From positions 2,258-66,257 of the forward strand of contig DASUQI010000058.1 in assembly GCA_036280655.1 (NCBI GenBank): a stretch of 64,000 nt of DNA, read 5' to 3'. Below are positions 35,033 to 43,419 of the stretch, one piece after another. Origin of the DNA: Actinomycetota bacterium (GTDB lineage Bacteria > Actinomycetota > UBA4738 > HRBIN12). Position 1 is the stretch's first letter. Every line of letters starts with the position of its first letter. The notes beneath the pieces were generated by a model. It was not told the DNA's origin. It made no database searches and saw nothing but the letters and a program-made list of their open reading frames with translations. Position numbers and translations under genes: made by a program.

Positions 35033-36202
35033 TCAGCCGTCCCCCGCCGCATGGGCACGAGCGGTGGCGATGCGGCGGTCGACCACGCGAGCCAAGACCG
35101 GCCCCGCGACCGCGAGCAGGAGCACATACACGGCGGCGAGCGGACCGAGATCGGGTTCGGCGCCGCTCGCGACCGCGATGCCCGCGATCACGATCGAGAA
35201 CTCGCCGCGAGCGATCAGGCCGACGGCCGCACGGGTTCGACCGCGAGGACCGATACCCGCCCGCCGCCCGGCGAGCCAACCCGTGAAGGCCTTGGTGACG
35301 CCTCCGACCAACGCGAGGGCCGCGGCCGCGGGCAGCGCCTGTGGGATCGTCCCCGGGTCGACCTGGAACCCGAAGAACAGGAAGAAGGTGCCGGCGAAGA
35401 CGGATCGCAGCGGGACCAGCAGAGACCGGGCGCGGTCGGCCGCAGGGCCCGAGAAGGCGATCCCGGCCAGGAAGGCGCCCACGGCCGCCGAGACGTTCAG
35501 CGCCTGGGTCGCGCCCGCGGTGAGCAGCAGGACCGCCAGGATCCCGAACAGCAGCGCCTCGTCCGAGTGGCTGAACACGGCCCGACTGATCGCCGGCCCG
35601 TAACGGGCGGCGACCGCGAGGACGACGACGACGAGCAGGGCCGCCACACCCACCGAGAAGACCACCTTCACGGTGCCTCCGCCCACCTGCAAGAGCGTCA
35701 CGAGCGGTAGGAACCCCGCCATCACGAGGTCCTCCAGCACCAGGATCGCCAGGACGATCGGCGTCTCCCTGTTGCCCATCCATCCGAGGTCGTCGAGGGT
35801 CCGGGCGATGACGCCCGAAGAAGAGATGTACGTGATCCCCCCGAGGAACACGGCGGGGAGGATCCCCCACCCGAGCAGCACCCCGGCCGCGAACCCCGGG
35901 GCGAAGTTCACGAGCAGATCGATGCCGCCCATGAACCGGTTCGATCGCAGGGCGTCCACGAGCTCCCGGGCCGAGTACTCGAGCCCGAGGGTGAACAACA
36001 ACAGGATCAGACCGATCTCCGCCCCCGCCGCGATGAACTCGTCCGCGGTGACCAGGGGCACGACCCCGCCCTGCCCGAACGCGAGCCCCGCGAGCAGGTA
36101 GAGAGGGATCGGCGAGAACCCGAACCGCACCGCGATCCTCGAAAGGACCGCGAGCAACAGGACGACGCCGCCGAGCTCGATCAGGAACAGCGAGTCGTGC
36201 AC
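35033..36202 (-). CDS. Cation:proton antiporter (CPA2, Kef/KhtU-like)
   Basis: 389 aa with about 11-12 TM: FSPIPLYLLAGLAFG, EIGLILLLFTLGLEYS, YISSSGVIARTL, ILVLEDLVM. Confidence 0.85.
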   Translation of the reverse strand: MHDSLFLIELGGVVLLLAVLSRIAVRFGFSPIPLYLLAGLAFGQGGVVPLVTADEFIAAGAEIGLILLLFTLGLEYSARELVDALRSNRFMGGIDLLVNFAPGFAAGVLLGWGILPAVFLGGITYISSSGVIARTLDDLGWMGNRETPIVLAILVLEDLVMAGFLPLVTLLQVGGGTVKVVFSVGVAALLVVVVLAVAARYGPAISRAVFSHSDEALLFGILAVLLLTAGATQALNVSAAVGAFLAGIAFSGPAADRARSLLVPLRSVFAGTFFLFFGFQVDPGTIPQALPAAAALALVGGVTKAFTGWLAGRRAGIGPRGRTRAAVGLIARGEFSIVIAGIAVASGAEPDLGPLAAVYVLLLAVAGPVLARVVDRRIATARAHAAGDG

Positions 36203-36205
36203 CGC

Positions 36206-36691
36206 TCAGCCCGAGCGGAGCAGGACCGCGAGCTCCTCGATCCCCCTCGGCGTCCCGACGACGACGAGGACGTCCCCTGCCCGGAGCTCGGCCTCCGGGC
36301 CGGGGGCGGGGAGGGCGGAGCCGTCCCGCAGGACCGCGACGATCGAGACCCCGGTCCGCGTCCGCGCTCCGGTATCGCCGATCATGCGACCCACGAACGG
36401 CGAGCCGCCGGCGAGCGGCAGCCGGTCCACGGCGAGGCCCTCGACGTCCTGTTCGAGCTCGGCGAGCTCCTTGGACACCTGCGACACGCCGAGGAGCTCC
36501 GCGAGCGTGCGGCCGTCCTCCGGACCGAGGCGAAGGAGGTCGTGCGACGTGTCGGGGTCCTCGCGTTCGAACAGCACGAGCTCGCGGACGCCCGACCGGT
36601 GGTGCACGACGCCGACCCGGTTGCCCTCCTGCGTGACGAACTCGTACCGGACGCCGATCCCGGGAAGCGCGACCTCCTTCACGACCGCCAT
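36206..36691 (-). CDS. TrkA-C-domain regulatory subunit of the antiporter (KhtT-like)
   Basis: 161 aa: LPGIGVRYEFVTQEGNRVGVVHHRSG..., C-terminal TrkA-C segment IGDTGARTRTGVSIVAVLRDG...GDVLVVVGT. Confidence 0.8.
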   Translation of the reverse strand: MAVVKEVALPGIGVRYEFVTQEGNRVGVVHHRSGVRELVLFEREDPDTSHDLLRLGPEDGRTLAELLGVSQVSKELAELEQDVEGLAVDRLPLAGGSPFVGRMIGDTGARTRTGVSIVAVLRDGSALPAPGPEAELRAGDVLVVVGTPRGIEELAVLLRSG

Positions 36692-36704
36692 GACCCCTCT
36701 CCTC

Positions 36705-36959
36705 CTAGAGATCGTCCAGCTGCCTGCGGAACGCCTCCTCCGCGTCGGCCCCGTCGTCCTTCGTTCCCGCGAACATCGCGAGGCAACCCCCCATCACGAG
36801 CGTTAGGCCGAGCGTGATGTTGAACAACCCGCCGATCTCCAGGATCCCGAGGGTCATCAGGGCGAACCCGATCGCGATCGCGGCGAACCCGAGCACGTCC
36901 AGGAGCGAGGCGCGCGACGTTCGCGACGCGGGCCGATCCATCGTGTCGCGGAGCCCCAT
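36705..36959 (-). CDS. Small two-TM membrane protein
   Basis: 84 aa from ATG 36959: LLDVLGFAAIAIGFALMTLGILEIGGLFNITLGLTLVMGGCLAMFAG. Coding-like G/C3 bias. Lies directly upstream of the KhtT-like gene. Confidence 0.5.
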   Translation of the reverse strand: MGLRDTMDRPASRTSRASLLDVLGFAAIAIGFALMTLGILEIGGLFNITLGLTLVMGGCLAMFAGTKDDGADAEEAFRRQLDDL

Positions 36960-36964
36960 CGCGG

Positions 36965-37192
36965 TCACGCCGGCAGGCGGTCGAGCAGCTCGTCCAGCAG
37001 CTCGATCGCCCGCATCGCGTCGGACTGGTCGGTCTCGCTGTCCAGCCACGCCACCAGCTGCTGGCGGGCCTTGACGACGGAGACGCGCCGGTCCCCGCTG
37101 AAGGCCCGCAGGTCGCGGAGCGCTTCGTCTCGATCGGTCGTCTCGCGCGCGAGCGTCAGTGCACGTTCGCGAACGGCATCGGCCGTGGTCAT
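36965..37192 (-). CDS. Small helical protein (75 aa), unknown function
   Basis: ATG 37192 is preceded by GAAGGGGG. MTTADAVRERALTLARETTDRDEALRDLRAF... Good G/C3 bias. Confidence 0.45.
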   Translation of the reverse strand: MTTADAVRERALTLARETTDRDEALRDLRAFSGDRRVSVVKARQQLVAWLDSETDQSDAMRAIELLDELLDRLPA

Positions 37193-37301
37193 GATCCGAA
37201 CCCCCTTCCGGACGTGGAGACGGGCTCGCACGTCTCGGGATCGACGTCTTCCCGGAGCGCTCGGAGCGTGCGCTCCGGGCGCGCGCGGTTGGCAACCGCG
37301 C

Positions 37302-37658
37302 TCAGTCGCCGGCGAGCGGGGGTGGACCTCGGCGGGCAAGATGCAGCGCGATCGGTTCGGCCCAGCCGATCGAGCCCGAGCTCCACGCGGACCCAGCGAA
37401 CGAGGACGCGGGGTCCTCGGCGGGGGCGGCGGCCGGCACGATCGACACGAGCCGGAACCCGTCGCTCCGCTTCGCCGAGGGCGACACGGTGGGTCGATCG
37501 GCCGTGACGAGTTCGAGCGTGGGGACCGACTCGATCGCGGCGTCGGTGTCGACCGTCGAGCGGTGACGGTTCGAGCCGTCGCCGAGGTGTGGGGCCGCGA
37601 CCCACGGCAGCACGACCATCGCGAGCACCAGCGCGGACCGTGCGGATCGAGCCGTCAA
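37302..37658 (-). CDS. Probable secreted protein (118 aa) with a TTG start
   Basis: TTG 37658 overlaps the upstream TGA (TTGA). Signal-peptide-like N-terminus (M)TARSARSALVLAMVVLPWVAAP. Strong G/C3 bias. In the track it is only the tail of a 485-aa shadow ORF. Confidence 0.45.
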   Translation of the reverse strand: MTARSARSALVLAMVVLPWVAAPHLGDGSNRHRSTVDTDAAIESVPTLELVTADRPTVSPSAKRSDGFRLVSIVPAAAPAEDPASSFAGSAWSSGSIGWAEPIALHLARRGPPPLAGD

Positions 37659-38332
37659 CCGCCCAGGATCCTCTTCTTCTGCGTCTGGAACTCCGACTCG
37701 GTGAGGACGCCGCGGTCCCGGAGGTCCGCGAGTCGTTCGAGCTCGCCGGTCGTCGAGGCGGACGCGGGCGACGAGGCGGACGCGGGCGACGAGGCAGCCT
37801 CCGCGGAGTGCGGACGTGCCGAGCGGCCCTGGAACATCCGCTCCTTGTTGAGCTCGCCCTGGTGGTAGATCGTCTTCTGGACGTCCTCGGGCTTGCGGAT
37901 GTCGCTGAACACCTGCCGCCCGAACTCGCTCGCCGAGCTGATGATGAGGTCGCCGGCGCCGATCATGCGCTCGAGCACGCCCTGGTGGAACCGGACGTCG
38001 TTGATCGCCTCGAGCGGGATCTCCATCGAGCGCTTGGCGATCCACCCCTCGCGATGGATCACGCGGTCCGACGTGACGACGAACCACGACGTCGCCCAGG
38101 CGATGAACTTGCGCACCGGGTACCAGATCAGCAGGAAGACCGCGACCGCGCTGGCTCCCCAGAACAGGACGTCGCGTCCGGTCCCGGTACTGGGCCCGAG
38201 GCTGATGCCGACGCCCCAACCCGCGATCACCAACACGGCGACGATCCCCGGGAACACCAGCGCGATCCAATGCGGCCGCATCTCGAGGACCAGCTCCTCG
38301 TTCTCGATGAGGAGCCCGCGAGGGAAGGGCAT
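37655..38332 (-). CDS. Membrane bacterial PH-domain (bPH_2/YdbS-like) protein with a C-terminal SHOCT domain
   Basis: 225 aa: LLIENEELVLEMRPHW, then two TM helices, TSDRVIHREGWIAKRSMEIPLEAINDV, and C-terminal ELERLADLRDRGVLTESEFQTQKKRILG (SHOCT-like). Confidence 0.75.
   Translation of the reverse strand: MPFPRGLLIENEELVLEMRPHWIALVFPGIVAVLVIAGWGVGISLGPSTGTGRDVLFWGASAVAVFLLIWYPVRKFIAWATSWFVVTSDRVIHREGWIAKRSMEIPLEAINDVRFHQGVLERMIGAGDLIISSASEFGRQVFSDIRKPEDVQKTIYHQGELNKERMFQGRSARPHSAEAASSPASASSPASASTTGELERLADLRDRGVLTESEFQTQKKRILGG
37755..37796. repeat. 18-bp tandem repeat, about 2.3 copies
   Basis: GAGGCGGACGCGGGCGAC occurs twice (37755-37772, 37773-37790), followed by a partial GAGGCA. On the minus strand it encodes the ASSPAS-ASSPAS linker of the PH/SHOCT protein. 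Confidence 0.7.
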
Positions 38333-38341
38333 GGGCGAATC

Positions 38342-39094
38342 CTACTCCAGGTGCTCCACCTCGCCGAACCGGACGACCCGCTCCCCCGACGCCGTGCGCA
38401 CGACGAGCCCGCCGCGTTCGTCGAGCGAGACCGCCTCGCCCTCGACCACCGCCCCGCCCCCGATCGCGGCGCGGACGGACGTCCCGAGCGTCGCGCTCAC
38501 CGCCGCGTGCGCCGCCGTCACCGCGTTCGCGAAGTCGGCATCCCGCGGTCGGTACGCGCGGACGAACGCCGACAGGAACCCACCGAGCAGCTCGGCCGCG
38601 TCCGCCCGCACTGCACCCGCCGACGGAACGTCGGGCGGCGGCTCCCCAAGGTTCGCGCCGATGCCGAGCACCACGTGCTCGAACCGCCCGTCGGCGACGC
38701 TCGACTCGGCCAGGATGCCGGCGGCCTTCCGCCCGTCGACGAGGACGTCGTTGGGCCACTTGCAGGCGGCGGCCGTCTCACCGAGGTCGCGACACGCCTC
38801 CACCATCGCCGTGCCGGCGAGCAGCGTGAGCAGACCCCCGGCCCGCAGGTCGAGCTCGGGACGCAGGACCACGGAGAACATCAGCGCCCGCCCCGGCTCG
38901 TCCGACCAGGTCCGGCCGAGCCTGCCGCGGCCGCCGGTCTGGTGACCCGCCGCCACGAGCGTCCACTCGGGCGTGCCCGCCAACGCGAGCTCGAGGGCCG
39001 TGGCCTGCGTGGAGCCGGTAACCTCCTCATACCGCGCGGGGGCCTGCAGGCCCACGCGTTCGAGCGCTCGACGCAGCGAACCTTCGGAGAGCAT
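38342..39094 (-). CDS. birA: Biotin--[acetyl-CoA-carboxylase] ligase (no N-terminal HTH)
   Basis: 250 aa: AGHQTGGRGRLGRTWSDEPG (GRGRxGRxW motif), KWPNDVLVDGRKAAGILAE. Confidence 0.85.
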   Translation of the reverse strand: MLSEGSLRRALERVGLQAPARYEEVTGSTQATALELALAGTPEWTLVAAGHQTGGRGRLGRTWSDEPGRALMFSVVLRPELDLRAGGLLTLLAGTAMVEACRDLGETAAACKWPNDVLVDGRKAAGILAESSVADGRFEHVVLGIGANLGEPPPDVPSAGAVRADAAELLGGFLSAFVRAYRPRDADFANAVTAAHAAVSATLGTSVRAAIGGGAVVEGEAVSLDERGGLVVRTASGERVVRFGEVEHLE

Positions 39095-39101
39095 CGGACG
39101 T

Positions 39102-39130
39102 TTGACTCCCGTTCGGGCGTCCTCGATTAT
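39102..39130 (+). promoter_or_regulatory. Candidate sigma-70-type promoter for the carboxylase alpha-subunit gene
   Basis: TTGACT (39102-39107), a 17-nt spacer, then GATTAT (39125-39130). It lies in the only A/T-richer patch of the 53-bp birA/accA divergent gap. GGAGAG (39139-39144) precedes GTG 39148. Confidence 0.35.
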
Positions 39131-39147
39131 CGGCTGCCGGAGAGCCT

Positions 39148-40875
39148 GTGGCGAAACCTCGGATCCTGATCGCGAACCGCGGTGAGATCGCCGTTCGCAT
39201 CATCCGAACGATCCGCGAGCTCGGGTACACGTCGATCGCGGTCTACAGCGACGCGGACCGCGACGCGCTGCACGTCGAGATGGCCGATCAGGCGCACCGG
39301 ATCGGAGCCGCGCTCCCCGCCGACTCGTACCTCTCGCTCGGCGCGATCCTCGAGGCCGCGTCGAAGGCCAGGGCGACGATGGTCCACCCGGGCTACGGGT
39401 TCCTGTCCGAACGCGCGCACTTCGCGCGCGCGGTGACCGAGTCCGGGTTCACGTTCATCGGCCCGGCCGCCGACGCGATCGAGATGATGGGCGACAAGGC
39501 CGCAGCGCGCCAGGCGGCCGACCGCGTCGGCGTCCCGATCGTCCCCGGCACGGCCGAGCCGATCTCCGCAGGAGACGCGGCGGCGGCGGCCGAGCGCATC
39601 GGCTATCCGGTGCTCGTGAAGGCCGCGTTCGGCGGCGGCGGCCGGGGGATGCACGTCGTGCGAAAGCCGGAGGAGCTCGAGTACGCCCTCACCCGGGCCG
39701 CCCGCGAGGCGCAGGCGTACTTCGGCCGGCCCGAGGTACTCCTCGAGCGGTACATCGACCAGGGACACCACGTCGAGGCGCAGGTGATCGCCGACGCGCG
39801 CGGGAACGTGTTCTTCCTCGGCGAGCGCGACTGCTCGGTGCAGCGCCGTCACCAGAAGCTGATCGAGGAGTCCCCGTCGCCCGTCGTCGACGCGGAGCTG
39901 CGATCACGGATCGGCGAGGCGGCGATGGCGCTCGCGAAGGAGGCGGGCTACCTCAACGCCGGCACGGTCGAATGCATCGTCGACGAGGACGGGAACTTCT
40001 ACTTCCTCGAGATGAACACGCGGCTGCAGGTCGAGCACACGGTGACCGAGATGGTCACCGGACTCGACCTCGTCGCGATGCAGATCCGGGTAGCGCTCGG
40101 CGAGAAGCTCGACCTGTCGGACGTGCGTCCCGTGGGCCACGCGATCCAGTGCCGGATCAACGCCGAGGATCCCGCGCGCAACTTCCTGCCCGGCCCGGGT
40201 CGGATCACCGCGTACCGCGAGCCGTCGGGGCCGTTCGTCCGGGTGGACGCCGCGGTGCGACAGGGCAAGGAGATCCCTCCCGACTACGACTCGATGTTCG
40301 CCAAGCTGATCGTCTCGGCCGAGAACCGCGGCCGCGCGATCTCGCGGATGGACCGCGCGCTCGGCGAGTACCACGTCGAAGGCGTCCCGACGACGATCCC
40401 GCTCCACCGCTGGATCCTCGGCACGAGGGCGTTCCGCAAGGCGACGCACTCGACGACGTGGCTCGAGAAGGCGCTCCGCGACGCCGAGCTCCCCGATGGC
40501 GGGACCCCGACGCCGCTCGAGGCAGACGCGAAGGCGCCCGTGCCGGCCGAGCTCCTGCTCGAGGTCGACGGGCGGAGGGTCCCCGTGCGGATCTTCGACC
40601 ACCGGCGCGAGACGGCGCCGCGGGTGCCCTCGCGCCAGACCGCGCACGGCGGCGAGCACGTGCACAGCGTGATCGCCGCGCCGATGCAGGGCACGATCCT
40701 CCGCGTCCTCGTCGAACCCGGTCAGGAGATCCAGGCGGGCGACGTCGTCTGCATCCTCGAGGCGATGAAGATGGAGAACGCGATCCCCGCCCCCCGCGAG
40801 GGCGTCGTGAGCGAGATCCCGGTGACGGCGGGGCAGAACGTGCAGGCGGGCGACACGCTCGTCGAGCTCGACTGA
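39148..40875 (+). CDS. accA: Acetyl-/propionyl-CoA carboxylase alpha subunit (biotin carboxylase plus BCCP)
   Basis: 575 aa: ILIANRGEIAVRIIRT, the ATP-grasp core, and a C-terminal biotinyl domain with CILEAMKMENAI. Confidence 0.92.
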   Translation: MAKPRILIANRGEIAVRIIRTIRELGYTSIAVYSDADRDALHVEMADQAHRIGAALPADSYLSLGAILEAASKARATMVHPGYGFLSERAHFARAVTESGFTFIGPAADAIEMMGDKAAARQAADRVGVPIVPGTAEPISAGDAAAAAERIGYPVLVKAAFGGGGRGMHVVRKPEELEYALTRAAREAQAYFGRPEVLLERYIDQGHHVEAQVIADARGNVFFLGERDCSVQRRHQKLIEESPSPVVDAELRSRIGEAAMALAKEAGYLNAGTVECIVDEDGNFYFLEMNTRLQVEHTVTEMVTGLDLVAMQIRVALGEKLDLSDVRPVGHAIQCRINAEDPARNFLPGPGRITAYREPSGPFVRVDAAVRQGKEIPPDYDSMFAKLIVSAENRGRAISRMDRALGEYHVEGVPTTIPLHRWILGTRAFRKATHSTTWLEKALRDAELPDGGTPTPLEADAKAPVPAELLLEVDGRRVPVRIFDHRRETAPRVPSRQTAHGGEHVHSVIAAPMQGTILRVLVEPGQEIQAGDVVCILEAMKMENAIPAPREGVVSEIPVTAGQNVQAGDTLVELD

Positions 40876-40879
40876 GCGC

Positions 40880-41569
40880 CTAGCTCGGGAGCCCCCAGGA
40901 ATCGCGTCCGGTGATCCGGATGCCCGCGTCGCGGATCTTGTACGAGCGGTTGACCGAGATCAACAGGGCCGTGAGCGGTTCGACGATGCGGGCCTGCGTG
41001 AGATCACCCGCGTCGACCCACCGCAGGTTGGGGATCGCCTCGATCAGCCCGCCGACCACCGCCTTCGCCTCCGCGTCGCTCCCGCAGACCAGGACGTCGC
41101 TCTCCATCTCGCGGTCGAGGTCCTGGAGCGCCTCGCCCGAGATCGTGTGGAAGGCCCCTACGAGCCGGACCGGATGCATCTGCTCGAGGATCGCCTTGGC
41201 CTGCTCGGCGGCCGAGCCGTGCCAGGGCCTGACGACCTGCCACGCGCGGCCCCCGACCGCCGTCGCGAGCGGGCTCGTGCAGTCGACGACGATCGCGTCC
41301 GCCCGCACGTGGTCCTTGATCGTGCGGTAGATGTCGGCCTGGCCGGCGAACGGGACCGTCACGATCACGACGTCGCCGGCCGCGGCGTCCTCGTTGGCCG
41401 CGCCGTCGACGTTCGCATCCGCGCCGAGCGTCTCGCGGGCCGTTCCGGCGACCGCCGATCCCTTCTCGGCGATCCGCGAGCCGATCGTCACGTGGTGGCC
41501 CGCTCTCGCGAGCCGGAGCGTGAGGCCGAACCCCTCGTCGCCGGTCCCGCCGATGATCGAGACGTCCAT
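40880..41569 (-). CDS. npdG: NADPH-dependent F420 reductase
   Basis: 229 aa: MDVSIIGGTGDEGFGLTLRLARAGHHVTIGSR ... VVDCTSPL ... RLVGAFHTI ... LCGSD-like VCGSDAEAK. Matches the NpdG/Fno family pattern. Confidence 0.8.
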   Translation of the reverse strand: MDVSIIGGTGDEGFGLTLRLARAGHHVTIGSRIAEKGSAVAGTARETLGADANVDGAANEDAAAGDVVIVTVPFAGQADIYRTIKDHVRADAIVVDCTSPLATAVGGRAWQVVRPWHGSAAEQAKAILEQMHPVRLVGAFHTISGEALQDLDREMESDVLVCGSDAEAKAVVGGLIEAIPNLRWVDAGDLTQARIVEPLTALLISVNRSYKIRDAGIRITGRDSWGLPS

Positions 41570-41590
41570 CGCGGGCAGACGATAGCCGAA

Positions 41591-41631
41591 GGGCGCGGCC
41601 CGCCCGGCGACCGTCCGAGCGGGCCGCGCCC
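41591..41631 (-). terminator. Perfect 13-bp GC-rich hairpin between same-strand genes
   Basis: GGGCGCGGCCCGC (41591-41603) pairs with GCGGGCCGCGCCC (41619-41631), with a 15-nt loop. It lies just downstream of the DUF4397 gene stop. No U-tract. Confidence 0.45.
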
Positions 41632-41638
41632 CGTGCGG

Positions 41639-42304
41639 CTACCTGATCCCGACGTCGAGGTCGACGACCGCGAACGCGAAGCCCGCCGTCGGACTGCCCC
41701 AGGCGTACACCTGGTACGCGTGACCCGCCCTGAGCTTGAGGACCCCCGGACCGATCACGGGCTGGAAGTCTCCTGGGAGCGACACCCATGCCGCGTAGAT
41801 CCCCTTCGGCACGCGCGACGTCGCCGTCTCTCCGTTCGCGAGACCGGTGACGAGCGGGGCGCCGTTCGCCCAGACGTTCACCTCGGGCGCCTCCGCCGCG
41901 TGGCGCACCTGGAGCCGAGCGGTCGCCTTGGGAAGCGCCCGCACGTTGTTCGTGAACAGGCCGAGCGTCGGGGCGCCTTCCGCACTCAGGTACGCGATCG
42001 CCGTGACGCTCTTCCCCGATGCGAGCTCGAGATCGGCCGCCTGCAGGATCGCGGCGTCATCGCAGTCGTCCCCCGTTCCCACGATCTTCACGTCGTAGCT
42101 GCCGGCCGGCAGCGAGACGCCGGTGACCACCTCACCCGGGTTGAATCCCGAGATCGCCTCCGCGCCGTTCACGCACACGTCGACGTCCACGCCCGGGATC
42201 CCGTGGACGACGTTGAGGGTCGCGTCCGCCGCGCTCGCCGGCGTCGCGGATAGCAGGGTCGCGACGAGTGCCGCGAGCACCATCCCCACCGAGCGCTTGC
42301 TCAT
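41639..42304 (-). CDS. Secreted DUF4397-domain protein
   Basis: 221 aa from ATG 42304. Signal peptide MVLAALVATLLSATPASA. Repeated LNVVHGIPG.VDVCVNG / LQVRHAAEAPEVNVWANG units, as in DUF4397. Confidence 0.7.
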   Translation of the reverse strand: MSKRSVGMVLAALVATLLSATPASAADATLNVVHGIPGVDVDVCVNGAEAISGFNPGEVVTGVSLPAGSYDVKIVGTGDDCDDAAILQAADLELASGKSVTAIAYLSAEGAPTLGLFTNNVRALPKATARLQVRHAAEAPEVNVWANGAPLVTGLANGETATSRVPKGIYAAWVSLPGDFQPVIGPGVLKLRAGHAYQVYAWGSPTAGFAFAVVDLDVGIR

Positions 42305-42358
42305 GTGCACCTCCGTCTCCGAGCGGGCCGGTCCCGCTCTCGAGAAGAGGTTCGCAGT

Positions 42359-42399
42359 CCTATGCATCGAAGACCGCTTCAACGCGGGATTTGCATAGG
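42359..42399. promoter_or_regulatory. Inverted repeat CCTATGCA-N25-TGCATAGG upstream of the DUF4397 gene
   Basis: Perfect 8-bp arms at 42359-42366 and 42392-42399, in an A/T-richer 120-bp gap just downstream of the CarH-like gene. Confidence 0.35.
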
Positions 42400-42426
42400 T
42401 TCGTGCACGAGGACATCGGGCGTCGG

Positions 42427-43323
42427 CTACCGGCGGCGTCGTTCGGCGAGATCGCCCACGAGTCGGTCGGCGCCGGCGACCACGTCGCCGCCCAGGAAGA
42501 CGCCGGGGATCCGCCGTCGGACCGCGGGATTCGCGAAGCCGTTCCCCGCGTAGAACGCCGCCACACCCGGGATCGCGGCGACCGCCTCGACCGATGCGAT
42601 CGCGGCCGCTCTCGTCACGCTCCGTTGCGCCGTCACCACCGCCGCTCGAGCGCGGACCGCGCGGACGGCGGCGACGAGCGACTCGGTCGGCGTCATCGCC
42701 CCCAGGACCCTCGTCGGCCACGCACGGTTCGCGAGGACGAGTGCGAACGCCTCGAGGCCGATCGTGTGGAGATCGCTCGGACCGCACGCGAGCACGACCG
42801 GGGGGCGGCGCGTCGACACCGCGTACGACGCGGTCCGCCGGGCGAGCCAGCCCCGAACCACGTCGGTAGCGAAGTGTTCCTGGCCGATGTCGCAGCTGCC
42901 GGCCTTCCATCGAGCGCCGATCTCGCGCATCGCGGGAAGGAGGACCGATCGGACGGCTTGGTCCGGCCCCATCTCGCCCGCGGCCCGATCGAGGGACGAC
43001 TCGACGGCCTCCCGATCGAAGACGAGCACGGCATGCAGGACGTCATCTGCGAGGTCGTCACCGGCTCGGGCCGCGCCGCCCGAGCGGAGGAGCCGCACGG
43101 CCTCGGCGGGCGGGAAGCCCCGCGTCACGAGATCGCGAAGGTCCCGCAGCTGTTCGATCTCGCGTTCGTCGTACCTGCGGTGGCGGCCGGGGGTCCTGGC
43201 GGGTGTCGGGAACCCGTACCGGCGCTCCCAGGACCTGATCGTCGGGACCGGGATCCCGAGACGCTCCGCCACCCCCGCGATGGAGGTTTTCGCCCTCCCG
43301 ACGACCCGACCTTCCGAAGCCAT
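42427..43323 (-). CDS. carH: MerR-family regulator with a cobalamin-binding domain (CarH/LitR-type photoreceptor candidate)
   Basis: 298 aa from ATG 43323. MerR HTH: IAGVAERLGIPVPTIRSWERRYGFP. W-x9-E-H motif: ARWKAGSCDIGQEHF. B12 lower-ligand motif: GPSDLHTIGLE (DxHxxG). Confidence 0.8.
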   Translation of the reverse strand: MASEGRVVGRAKTSIAGVAERLGIPVPTIRSWERRYGFPTPARTPGRHRRYDEREIEQLRDLRDLVTRGFPPAEAVRLLRSGGAARAGDDLADDVLHAVLVFDREAVESSLDRAAGEMGPDQAVRSVLLPAMREIGARWKAGSCDIGQEHFATDVVRGWLARRTASYAVSTRRPPVVLACGPSDLHTIGLEAFALVLANRAWPTRVLGAMTPTESLVAAVRAVRARAAVVTAQRSVTRAAAIASVEAVAAIPGVAAFYAGNGFANPAVRRRIPGVFLGGDVVAGADRLVGDLAERRRR

Positions 43324-43352
43324 GCGGCGATGGTACCGACGAGATCGCGAAG

Positions 43353-43380
43353 CCATGCAGCGCGGGAGCGCGTTGCATGG
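43353..43380. promoter_or_regulatory. Inverted repeat CCATGCA-N14-TGCATGG upstream of the CarH-like gene
   Basis: Perfect 7-bp arms at 43353-43359 and 43374-43380, 30-57 nt upstream of ATG 43323. The ATGCA/TGCAT core is shared with the repeat at 42359-42399. Confidence 0.35.
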
Positions 43381-43419
43381 GTTCGGGCGCCGCACCTGCG
43401 GCACCCCTACCCTCCCCCT

